From Zootoca vivipara (taxonomy: Eukaryota): 64,000 nucleotides of DNA. Positions 8,601 to 20,121 of the stretch are shown one piece after another (position 1 is the first letter of the stretch; each line of letters opens with the position of its first letter). The position numbers were made by a program, and so were the translations under genes. Below the pieces are notes generated by a model. It saw only the letters and a list, made by a program, of their open reading frames with translations. It searched no databases and was not told where the DNA came from. The stretch spans positions 17,670,001 through 17,734,000 of the forward strand of contig NC_083277.1 in assembly GCF_963506605.1 (NCBI RefSeq), read 5' to 3'.

Positions 8601-11600
8601 AGCCCACCTTCCTTTCAAGACGGAACAATGAAAACGGGACAGACCATCAACACTATAGGAAAAAAAGAAGAGCAATATTATGGGTTGTATTCAAATAGTC
8701 TACCAAGAGTAGACCCATTGAAATTAACGAACAAGTTGACCATGTTCATGAGCTCCAGTGGGTCTACTCTGAGTAGGATTTAGCACGGACTACCACCCTA
8801 TGGCTCCTCCAGTGTCAAAAAGGGGGGTGAGGGGAAGAGAACAAGATTCAAAAACATGAAAGTCTCTCTCTCTCTTTTGCATTATCGCTATCAGTTTCTG
8901 CTTCTTCGTATTTGCCATCAAATTTATCATGGGCTTCTAAAAAAATGAAGGTTAGACTGGACTGAAACAAATCTGCTGTACCCTTTTCACATATCATAGT
9001 CCAACAATTTTTTAAAATTTTTCCCCATTTTTTGTTTGTTTGTTGGGGAGGGGAACAACAACAAAAAAGGCTTCGGGAGAGGAATGTCCACCCACCCCTA
9101 ATTTCCCTGGGCTTTCACATCTACTAGTACGATCCTACCTGCAGGAGTTCAAAGGCAGACTTCAGGCACTTCTCCTCTACCTCTTTAATCAGTTTGGCGA
9201 GATGAGAGCTGCGCTCTGAGAATTCACTGGCTATTTTGTCGATTGACTGCATGAGCTCTGCACAGTTTCCCACAACTTGTAGTTCCCAGTTTCCCGCAAC
9301 TTGATCCCTGATGCTTCCCAGACGATTCTGCAAAGAGCAGAGGACAAGAGAGACCAAATTGAGTGTGCTGTTGTGATTCCATCCCCGGGGGGCAGTTGTG
9401 CTTAATTTCACCAGGGCTTAATTCACTCCACCATAACAAGTAGGAGGTGTAACCTAATGCAAAGGTCCAGAGAAGAACATTACTTCCTCCTGTTTTTCAA
9501 TCCACATATTTCCAACGTTGTCCCACTATCTTATCTGATACCTTCAGTTAAGCTATACTAGTAATAATAAAGGTAAAGGTAATAAAGGTAAAAAGTGGAA
9601 GGGCGTGTGGATCCAGAATTGGCCTCCACAGTCACTTACGGACCCATTGTTAAAACCGTGTTTATGGAAGACAATCTTACTTGGATACGAGTGATCGCCA
9701 AAGAAGAAGAAAAAGAAGACTAGTAATAATCCTATATAATAATGTGCAAGTGTCTCTGCGTCCAGATTCCCTGTTTCCCTGTGTCCGCGCTACTGCGCAT
9801 GTGCCCCACGGACACAGGGATTGGACGCAGAGACAATATCTCGGTCGCCACGCCCAGGACACTCTCATGCGGTGCCGGAGGCTGTGCTAGCGGGCCGCTC
9901 CAACGCCGGCCTCCATGGGCGCCTAGAGGATCCCCGCCCCCTGCCGCCACTGTCCCGGCTTTGGCCCCGAGACAGCCATGGGCGCCCCCAGAGCCACCTT
10001 CGTCACCAGCCTCCGTTGTTCTGGCGAAGGAAGGAGGCGGAGGCGGTAGCAGCAGCAGCGGGAGCAGCCCGGCCCGAGCGTGCCTCACCTTCCCTCTGCC
10101 CGTCCTGAGCTCCTCGCCCTCAGGGGGCCGGCGTCCATGGGCGCCTAGAGGATGTGGAGCAGCGACGGAGGAGCCCGTGAGAGGAGCGGCGAGGCCGCGG
10201 CCTTCCCTCCCTCTCTGCGCTCGGCCACGGGGCACAACACGAGAGCGAGCACAGAGAGAGAGGTAAGGCCACATATCTTCTAGCGCCTGAAACACACTAG
10301 TAATAATAATAAAAAAAATTATATCCCGCCCATCTGGCTGGGTTTCCCTAGACACTCTGGCCATAGCTGCCAAGTTTTCCCTTTTCTCGCGAGGAAGCCT
10401 ATTCAGCATATGGGAAAATCCCTTAACAAAAGGGATAACTTAGCAGCTATGACTCTGGCCGGCTCCCAATCGAATATTAAAAACACAATACCTAGGAGGT
10501 GTCAACTCCTAGGGGTTTTCACCCCCCAAGAAAGGATTTCAGGGGGCTGCCCCCACCCCAAAGTTGATGGGCATTGCCATTCAAATGTGTGTGTGTGTAC
10601 TGCGTCATGTGATCAATTATGCAGGGCGAGGCTTACCTGTCCCCCCTCCAATGTTTTGTTCAAGTTGGCACCCCCACCAGTGAAAGGTCTTTAGCTACAC
10701 ATTTTGCTCCAGAAATCTATAATGTAACCATATTCACTACTGAAATCCTGTGTTCATCCATCTCTATATCTTAAATGTTACGAAAGCATTTTGTAGGTGC
10801 CTTGATTCACTTCAGCTTATGTTGTACAGACCTATCTGCATTTAGCTGTGATTTGCTGTTAGTCCCATGCATCCATTGCCCATATAACCTTGAACATTTT
10901 TTATTTTCCCTTAGCCGCACAATGATTTATCAACTATACGCCTATATGAATATACACAGGTTATTTTAGTCATTTTAGTCCCATGAGAGCACACAGATAT
11001 CCAGGGCTCCTGAACTTGATGCCCTCCACATGTTTGGGATGGCAACTTCCTGTGAATCTCAGATGAAGATCGGTTTATACATTTAAAAAACAACAACAAC
11101 AACACCTACTCCTCTAACTGGCCTGAGAGGAGCTGCAGTCCAGAATAATAATACTACCTTTATTGTCAATGTACAACCTGTGTACAATAAAATTAAGTGA
11201 GCACAAAAAGGAGGCAGCTACGTTCAGTGGATGGCAAACCAGGAGCCTGCCTACCTTCATTTCCTGAATTTCTCTCTGACTGCACACTTCAATCCCCTTC
11301 AAAATTTCATCTCTCTCCTCCTTCAAGGTTGTTAGGCAACTTTGGAGCTGATCCTTAAAGATAAAAATTGGCATTCAGCGCTTATACCATTAATTAAAAG
11401 ATTTAGAAACCACTCTTTCACTAAAGAGCTCTCACAGTAGTATACAAGTAAAACTGTAAATAAAATCCTGGGGATGGTGGCACCTGAAGACCAGCATTAT
11501 CTGGAGCAGACATAAGCAAACTCGGCACTCCAGATGTTTTGGGACTACAACTCCCTCCCCCCCCCCATGTTTTTAATTAATTTTATAAACATCTATTAGA

Positions 11601-12591
11601 AACAAAACACTACATCCACAAATACAAAACAGGAAAAAACAGAAACAAATAAACAACAACAACAAAAATGCAAAATTTCATAAACTTAACCTCTTTTCTA
11701 ATCATTTTAAGGTGACATCCTCAAGCCACCCTTACTGCGATTCACTGCAAATCCTCTTTAGCAATTTCTATTTCTTAATCTATTATCATATTTTCTATCT
11801 ATACTTATTTTTAATTCTAAACCATTATCTATCATTTTATCATATTTTCCTTGATCCTAAAAGAAATTCCTAAACTACAGCATTATATGTATTTTGAGAT
11901 CCCTTTCATACTAATTAATATTACAATACTTCTTCAAATAAACTTTAAAACTCTTCCAATCTTCTTCCACCTACAATTCCCATCATCCCTGACCAATGGT
12001 CCTGTTAGCTCGGAATGATGGGAGTTGTAGTCCCAAAAACATCTGGAAGGCCGAGTTTGCCTATGCCTGATCAGGAGGGTCACCCTTTCCCCAACCCCTT
12101 CGTGCTCCAAATTCTCCCCAAACGAAGGGCGATATCGCTTACGGTACCTTAGCATCCTGGGAAGCCTCGTTGATGGGGAGGGTGGCGTGCGCTTTGTGCG
12201 CCCGGGATTCCCTGCAGACCAGGCAGATGAAGGCGCGGTCCTCTTGGCAGAAGAGCCGGAGGGCTTCGTAGTGCTTCCCGCACAACTTCGGCGCTTTCTT
12301 CTTGGACTCCCCTTGGGCTAGGCTTAGGCGCTGCTGGCGGAGGCGCTGTATCGCTTCGGCCATATTCGCCAAGTGCCTGTTGGGCCGGAGGTTGCCCCGG
12401 GGAAAAGCTATCCTGCACTGGGGGCAAGAGGAGAGGTCGCGGCCCGGCCCCTCCGGGCACTGGGCGATGCAGGGTCGGCAAAAGCTGTGCCCGCAGTCGA
12501 TGATCATCACCGGGTCGCGGAAGTAATCCAAGCAGATGGAGCAAGTCGCTTCGTCCTGGAGAGTTATGGAGGGGTCTCCGGCAGCGGCCAT
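5130..12591 (-). CDS. TRIM-A: RING-B-box2-coiled-coil-PRYSPRY E3 ligase (TRIM27/39/7-like), ~481 aa, 8 coding exons
   Basis: Exons 12591-12148, 11353-11255, 9327-9139, 8510-8488, 8019-7922, 7405-7376, 6271-6230, 5650-5130. All GT-AG, phases join into one ORF. C3HC4 RING, B-box2, and [17 protein letters not shown] motifs. Confidence 0.88.
6381..6608. mobile_element. Tigger/pogo-like (Tc1/mariner) MITE
   Basis: TA-CAGTCATACCTC / TA-CAGTGGTACCTC termini. Related copies at ~14900-15090, 23084-23245, 27370-27586, 31722-31950, 36303-36657, 38980-39180, 44550-44787 and 46406-46600. Confidence 0.7.
8123..8277. mobile_element. hAT MITE, 8-bp TSD GCATAATC
   Basis: Present in A and C (C copy ~33615-34248 carries a nested ~450-bp insertion). 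Empty site in B (~20795). Confidence 0.7.
8343..8471 (+). mobile_element. tRNA(Ile)-like-head SINE with CR1-type tail
   Basis: AGCTCAGTTGGTTAGAGCATGGTGCTGATAAC...GTTCAATCCC head and ccaactctacaattctacgattct tail. Paralogous copies at ~20860-21210 and ~34316-34695. Confidence 0.75.
9730..10300 (+). mobile_element. Non-autonomous Helitron with GC-rich interior
   Basis: A|TCCTATATAATAA...CACACTAG|T: 5'-TC and CTAG-3' ends in an AT target, no TSD. Empty site in TRIM-C at ~36161-36180. Confidence 0.75.
10362..10451. mobile_element. 90-bp hAT MITE (TIR CATAGCTGCCAAGTT)
   Basis: 8-bp TSD ACTCTGGC. Second copy at 56884-56973 with TSD AATGGGGG. Absent in TRIM-C. Confidence 0.85.
11556..11970 (-). 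mobile_element. L1/Tx1-like 3' fragment nested in a MITE
   Basis: AT-rich insert splitting the hairpin MITE, with duplicated ctacaaYtccc. The MITE is intact in TRIM-C. Confidence 0.55.
12148..12591 (-). CDS. TRIM-A exon 1 (RING + B-box2)
   Basis: [28 protein letters not shown]...CGHSFC..C...CPQCR...CGKH...CQED...CLVC...HKAH. Confidence 0.93.
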
Positions 12592-13811
12592 GGGTGTGCC
12601 TCCTTGCGCGCAAAATGCGCGGTCTGGGCAACGCGGGAGAAAGAGAGTCCCGCCCCGCAGCGGCAGAGGTAAATATGGGGTCCAAAGACGGAGGATCCCT
12701 ACTGTCTTCGCAGCCTGGATCCCTGCAAACCGAGGAGAAACGGAAAGGAGGACACGGGCGAAAGCGTAGACGCGGCACAACACCGAGACGAGCAAGACGC
12801 CAATCGGTCTGAAGGGGGCGTGGCGCTGAAGAGAATTGGGGCGAGGGGACAAAAAAAACAGAATACAGTAATGCACTTTTCAGGAAACGACTCACACCCA
12901 TGAAGATATGCTAATGGTAGTGCTTAAATGCCCTTTGATTGCACCACTTGTCTTTCTTACATTTGCAAGGTGGCATGTATCCGCCCTTCATCCGAAGATT
13001 TTACAATATAAAACCATGGGCGTGGGGGGAAATAGCATAGTAACGACTAAACGCAATGACCCGCCCACCCAAAGTTTGAAAGGTCAAAGGTTGTATTTGT
13101 ATTTATTGTTTAGCAGAGGACATGCCAGTTATTAAACTGGTAAGAGCAGATCCTACGTTTGATCTTGGCCAAAAAGCAGAAAATCTTCTCCCTTTAACCC
13201 TCACAACAATGGCAACACTCTGCCACGTGGGGATGGGAACCCAACCGTGTCCAAATTTTAAGAAGTGGTACCTGTGTTTGCCTTTTTCCTGCTCTCTGCT
13301 TCCTCTTTCTTAATCAGTTTGGGATCCAGTTGACTAGAGGACCAGGAGTGATGGGTGTCTGGGATCTTGTTAGGATATGTTTTATTTATATACTGCTTTT
13401 CACCCCCAAAACTCCCAAAAGTAGTGAACAACATTAAAACATGCTAATACAAAAGAAATATACTGTTTTGAATTGGGGGAGGGAGGAGCAGACTCCCCAT
13501 AATTCCTTGATTTAGGAAAAGTTTATCAGGGGTGTCCAAACTTTTTCAAAGAGAGCCAGATTTGATGAAGTGAACGTGTGATGGCTGACCAAAGTTGTTG
13601 ACCTTTTTTTAGGATTGAAGTTGAGCTCTCTTTTTTAGGATTTTACCCCAGGAAATAAACTGCCACAGGGGCTGGATTAGGCCAGTGAGCTGGATTAGAC
13701 CCCCGAAACGGACTTGGGACATGTCTGGTTAAAATTATCACGATTTGATTAAACATTGTGAAATACATGGAGGAGACCGTCTGGATTTAATTATGCTAAT
13801 GAGCTATTAAG

Positions 13812-14118
13812 TAAAGGTAAAGGGACCCCTGACCATGAGGTCCAGTCATGACCAACTCTGGGGTTGCGGCGCTCATCTCGTGTTATTGGCCGAGGGAGCC
13901 GGCGTACAGCTTCCAGGTCATGTGGCCAGCATGACAAAGCTGCTTCTGGCGAACCAGAGCAGCACACGGAAACGCCATTTACCTTCCCGCTGTAGCGGTA
14001 CCTATTTATCTACTTACACTTTGACGTGCTTTCGAACTGCTAGGTTGGAAGGAGCAGGGACCGAGCAACCTGCAGATTTAAACCTCCGCCCTTCTGATTG
14101 GCAAGCCCTAGGCTCTGG
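13812..14118 (-). mobile_element. Sauria SINE
   Basis: aaaggtaaagggacccctgacc...gactctggggttgcggcgctcatctcg: (ACCTTT)n tail on the minus strand. Confidence 0.85.
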
Positions 14119-14269
14119 CTAATGGGCCATTAGCGCTAATGTGCCATTTGCAGGGGACAAAGGGATGTTTCATCTGATCTTTGCTCTCTTATAGTGTGAA
14201 ATGCTCTGGCAGCTTTTAGCCTGGAGCAGTTTGAACTGAAGGGATCTGATAGATTATTTTAGTTTTAGT

Positions 14270-14470
14270 TACAGGTAGGTAGCCGTGTTGGTCTGAGTCG
14301 AAACAAAATTAAATTACAAAATTAAAAAATTCCTTCAGTAGCACCTTAAAGACCAACTAAGTTTTTATTTTGGTATGAGCTTTCGTGTGTGTGTGCGTGT
14401 GCATGCACACGAAAGCTCATACCAAAATAAAAACTTAGTTGGTCTTTAAGGTGCTACTGAAGGAATTTTT
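14270..14470. mobile_element. Penelope-like inverted terminal fragment
   Basis: agtagcaccttaaagaccaac...gttggtctttaaggtgctact inverted arrangement. Related piece at ~53620-53730. Confidence 0.55.
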
Positions 14471-16837
14471 TATTATGATTTTAGTTAGTAACCATTACGC
14501 TCAAGAATGACAGTAAAGGACTTCTTTCTGTATTGAATTGTTTCCTGTGATTTATTACTTCTGTCTGTATTGAATTGTCTGTCTGACCAAACTGTGGGAG
14601 GCAGTGGAAGACAGGAGTGCCTGGCGTGCTCTGGTCCATGGGGTCACGAAGAGTCAGACATGACTAAACAACAACTGTATTAAATTGTTTCCTGTGATTT
14701 ATTTTTACACTCCTTCGCCAGACATGGGACTCCTATGCTACCGGTATTGGAAGCTGTGTGATACTCTGGTACAAAGGGGCCTGATACTTGGAAACCTGGT
14801 ACTGAACCCAAGGGAATAGGAGTTTTGGTTGGCTAGGGAAACAGGTCTTTGGGGCTCTGACAATCCCCAACAGGTTCTGATTGAACCCAACACAGACGAT
14901 TCAGGTTACAGACTCCGCTAACTCAGAAGTAGTACCTCGGGTTCAGAACTTTGCTTCAGAATGAGAACAGAAATTGCGCGGCGGCAGCGGGAGGCCCCAT
15001 TAGCTAAAGTGGTACCTCAGGTTAAGAACAGTTTCAGGTTAAGAACGGACCTACAGAACGAATTAAGTTCTTAACCCGAGGTACCACTGTAATTGAGATC
15101 TATGGGGGGCACCAAATTTTGGCCCTGCTCAAGGTGCCAGATTACCAAGGTCCTCCCATGATGCTAGTCCTCATTGTCTCAAAAGGGTACCCAGACCACT
15201 GCCCAATTTAGGGGGCGCAATATGTTTCCCCACCCAGGGCACCAAGCTGAGGGGGTGCAAAATAGTAATAAATAAATAAGGAATTATTGTGGAAATAAAT
15301 ATTTAGGGGGCTGGTACCAAATTTTGTCCTCACTCAGGGCGCCAAAGCCAACATGAAAAAAATATGGTATTCCACTAGCAGTATCCCAGCACTCCTCCAT
15401 ATCCAGCAGGGGTCGAACTGGGGTTGCACTTAGCAGCATGCTCAACTGCCCAATGTTCAAATAATAAAACATTTCTTAAAAAGAGGGAAGGGCGAGACAA
15501 TGGACAAGAGGTGGGGCCTCACACAAAATACAATACTCCATCTTGAAAACATGTACCTTAAAACAAAATATTGGCACCAACATTGTCATTTTTCTGGCAC
15601 AATGGTAAGATGTTCCTGTAGTTGCAAGCATTTCATGGGATGTGAGGTGATGATAGGCCTGGTTAATTGGCTAGCCTGGTTTTGTTATTTTTCTGGGGTG
15701 GTGGGTTTCATAGTTAATTCTTACACTATGACTATGAATGTTCAGTGTGGTTCTTTTTTAAAAAAGAAAAAGGGTTAGGATGGGATGGCTTTCAACATAG
15801 GCCTGGTTAATTGGTTAGTGTACTTTTGGGGGGGATGGTAGTTTTTTAAAAAAATAATTCTTACGCTATGAACATTATCTGTATAATTTTTGTTCAGTAT
15901 GGAATTTTTAAAAAGTTTTTAGGATGCCTTTAATCTGTTAAGAAAAGCAATTTAATAAACTAAACATATAACAGAACTGCAGCATAAAAAATTAGTTGAG
16001 TCAAAACAAAGGTTAAAAGGAATTTTTTATAACTTTATTGACAGATTAATGAAATTAGTGAAAGACTGCAACGGTGACATCAAATCACAGGTTTATTAAA
16101 CGTAAAAAGCTAAAGAAAGAAACCTGAGGAGTTACATGCTAATAAATAGTAAAGTTAATATAAACTAAGGATCAAAACCAGACAAAATATGGCCTTGCAT
16201 TTAGCATGGAGGATTTTAAAACTGCAAAATGCTGAGTGAGGGAAGAAGCTGATGATTATGAGAATCACAAAATTCGGTGGAGGATTTAACCCTTTCCTCC
16301 TTTGCTATGGTCCCAAGGAAAATCCCTCTGAAGCTGCTACTTGCATTGGCAAGAAATTCCCCATCGGCACCACCAAGAGGGTGCAAAATTAAAGAAACAT
16401 TATATGCAATATTATTGTGCTCCTTTGCTGTACTGAATTATAAAGTAATCGTCTGCACAGTCAAACCAAAACACCTTTGTCTTATGCTGAAGGGAGAAGC
16501 AGGGACTGGAGCATGGGATGGAAACTGTAGCCTGTACAGCAGAGCTTTCCAGAATTTCCATATTGGTGACATGCTTTTAGACATGCATCATTTCACGACA
16601 CAATAATTCAGTTTTACTAGCAAAGCACAGGTTAAACCGCTTCCCAGTCCCGGGAGGAGCGCGGGGAGCGTTTGCGCGACACACCTGCACACTGCAGCTG
16701 ACACACTAATGTGCCACTACACAGTTTGGAAAGCTCTTCTGTACAGACTTCCAAAGACAATGTGCATAGAATGGATATTTTCGGCACTAACATCAAGCAC
16801 CCAGAAAAGGCAAAGCACAGGCCAAGGACCATGTGCT

Positions 16838-17355
16838 TTAAGAGTACAGCTGGAGGCAAGTTGATGAATTGACGATCCGGAAAAAAGGAAAAACTACCTC
16901 CCCTTCAAAATCAATTGACCGGAAAATAAAGAGGCGGGTCTTATCTTCAGCATCATAAAAAGCCACAGACCCTGCTTCATAGTTCAACTTAACTTGGATC
17001 TGTGTTGGGACATCTTCTGTTTCCAAAGGGGTAGGAGGTGAAGTCAGAGCCTTCAACTGATCATTGCTAAACCCCACTGCCCAGATCCCCTCATCAGGTT
17101 CAAGATCAATTTTTCTATCCCTCTCCACAGACTCTTTGGCTACGCCCACAGCCCAATGGTCGACATCCTCAACATCCACCGTCCAATAATGTTTCCCAGA
17201 GTAGAATCCTCGCATTCCTAGTACACAGCGAGTGTATTCAAACCTATTTGAACTGTAGGGGTAGTCCTGACGGACCTTTCCCCACCATACTGATTTTCTA
17301 TCTGAAGACACAATATATCGGGGATGGGCTGTTTCCGGATCAAACACCACGTTTT
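16838..17355 (-). CDS. TRIM-B terminal exon (PRYSPRY)
   Basis: [14 protein letters not shown]...[10 protein letters not shown]...[17 protein letters not shown]. Confidence 0.93.
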
Positions 17356-19184
17356 CTGAAACACAACAGGAAGCAGGATGGTAAAGCAAACAAGACAAAC
17401 ACTTAACAGAATCAGTTACTTCCATAAGGTAGCCTACCGAGCTCGCAAATTGCATGCATTCTTTAGAAGGGGAGAAATGCAGAACCAATTAGGCCAATTC
17501 ATACAGCCAAATTTGCATGGCGAGAATACAAGCCACATGCAGGGTGAGAGTTGCAAGCTGGAGACTGCGTGTGCAGAAACAAAGATGAAATTTACATTCC
17601 CTGCTTCACCCACTTTTCCTTCTGGCCCCACACACCATGGCATGTGGCCCTTGGAAGGCTGTTTAGAAGAGAATGTGGCCCTTGAGCTGGAAAATGATTA
17701 ATTTAACCCTTTCCACACACCATGTCCCCCAATCTAAGTCCCCCCTCAGCTATTTACTTGCTGGGGTGGCGGCGGCCTGTTTTTGCTCTCCAGAAAAGAA
17801 GCTTACCCTTTATCCATTTCGCCGTGTTGGAATGAGAACGGTCTAGGAGTGAAAGAGAGAAAAAGGTAAAATATCCGCTGTAAGGCTAACAGAAGAGACC
17901 TTGCAGCATGTTTAATCATATACGAATGAAGCTTTGTTGTTAATTAAACTACAAAGAGCGAACACCCTTTCCCCCTCATTCAAGGTGCACGAGTTGCACA
18001 AGGAGGACTCCATAGAAATGGATAAGAATGTCCCCACTATTAGAGATTGGCAAGAGAAATTAATTAGCTATATTGATCTGGCCAAATTGACAAATTCGAT
18101 AAGGGGTGGTTCAAATAAAAAGTTTAATAATAATTGGGAAAAATTCGGAATATATTTGAAAGAACTTGGGTTTAAAACGAATATCTCGTAGAATTCCAAG
18201 AGGAAAATAAATGGAAGCAGTAGGAAAGTTAAAAACTTTGAAGCCAGGGAGGAAGTGAAGGGGAAGTCGATCTGGAAAAGAAGATGTGAATATTGATATT
18301 GAAATGAAGACGTAGAAGTTAGGCTGACAAATAAGGTAGAAGATAGGGTAAGTTTTATTTGAATGTCTTTGGTTGTTTATTTGTGTATTTCTTTTGTTGT
18401 TGTGTATTTTTGTTGGTATTTTAGTTGAATATGTTTTGTTTTATATTTATTTTAAATTCAATAAAGGCTATTTTAAAATTTTTAAAAAGAAGAAGAAAAG
18501 AAATGGATAAGAATGAGGAACTGGCCAGATTGACAATCCACTGATGTGATAATGATCTCAGGTGACCCTTCTCACCCCCACTTCATGAGTCTAACAGAAA
18601 GCTTTGCAAGGGGAATCACAAGGCTAGACTCACAGCTAATCACCAGGCCTTGCAAGGTGCTCAGTATGTCATATATAATTTGAAAGGTGTCAGTCCTGCA
18701 CGAAAAATTATCTTACTTCGTTACAATCCAAACTCTGGGGAAGGGTTATATAGTTCAGTGACAGATCATTTGCCCTGCATGCAGGAAAGTCTTGGAATCT
18801 GGGAGAGACTCCTCCCTGAAACCCCAGAGCTGCTGCCAGCCAGTGCAGACAATATTGAGCTAGATCAGGCACGTCCAACAGGTAGACAGTGATCTACCAG
18901 TAGGTTACTGGTAGATCACTGGCTCCCCCCCCAAGAAGCTCTTTTTTAATGTTTAAAAATAGCTTTATTGAAGTTAAAATGCATATACAAAATAGAACGT
19001 TAAACTAAACAACAATAACAAACATTAATGGTAAATAATATCAGTTAACCAAATAGCAAAATAGCAAAATAATGATTACAAAATATAAACAAAAAATTAA
19101 AGAGACAAAAATGAAACCCAAATATATATGAATCATAGTAAATCATAATAAATCATAAATAAATTATAAATAAATCATATATAA

Positions 19185-19235
<51 letters not shown>

Positions 19236-20078
19236 CATCATATATAAATCATAATTTAACAAAACTTTGGCTCCCCTAAAAAAAGTTCAACATCTTTGCC
19301 CCTCACCCCCCAAAATGGGGCTTTCCTCCTTCCTAACAAATTCTGTGAGTAGATCTGTCTCTTGGGAGTTGGCCACCCCTGAGCTAGATGGACTAATGGT
19401 CCAAGTCAGTAGAAGGCAGCTTCTGATGTTTTCTACACATCTTCTCAGAAGAATGCCCTGTCTAGTTCATTGGGCCTACTCCGAGGTATTAAGAGTTAGA
19501 CTACAGTCTAACTCTCTCCTGTTGAAAATCTCCTCTCGGTCAGTCCTAAATATACATTTTCGCTGTTTCTTTGCCTCCTTTCCAGGGGGCAGGAGAGGCA
19601 TGGCATGCATTCGTTTATTTCACCCCATTTGATGACCCAGTGTTGTTAGACCCGCAAACTTATCGTCAAAAAACAAATGTCAATGGTCAGGAAAAGACCC
19701 CTAAGCTCTTTGCCGACTGAGGTGCTGTGGTACACCACCAGCATTCAAAAACACAACAGTCACCCCATTCCTCTTTGATCAGTTAATTTCAGTCTAACAC
19801 GCACGTCTCAACATGCACATGAGGCCAAACACCTCCCAGTTTCCCTCCATCTGAAAACAGTCTTAGCAGCAGTGCCCAAGCATGCCAGCCACTGGGGCCC
19901 AGCTTTCATATCTCATGGAAGGTTCTAGACCAAATGCTTGTTTCCCATTCCAGGATGGATGCAAATTCACCTGGTCAGTTTTGGAGGTGGGGAGAGAAAG
20001 GTGGAGAGGAAACTCAGACAAAGTTTCAGATACCATCTATGTTAGAAGAGTTCACATTTGATGTATACTCTATATACC

Positions 20079-20121
<43 letters not shown>

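Noticed and set aside
9732-10409. 225-aa and 174-aa ORFs (also 47635-48498 and 24693-25449)
   Set aside because: Stop-poor GC-rich transposon interiors with no recognisable domain.
12149-12901. Long alternative-frame and antisense ORFs over TRIM exon 1 and H2A
   Set aside because: Expected by-product of GC-rich coding sequence, with no independent support.
13290-14900. Single LTR element upstream of TRIM-A
   Set aside because: A nested mix of MITE, Sauria SINE, Penelope-like and BovB pieces. Termini and TSD could not be fixed reliably.
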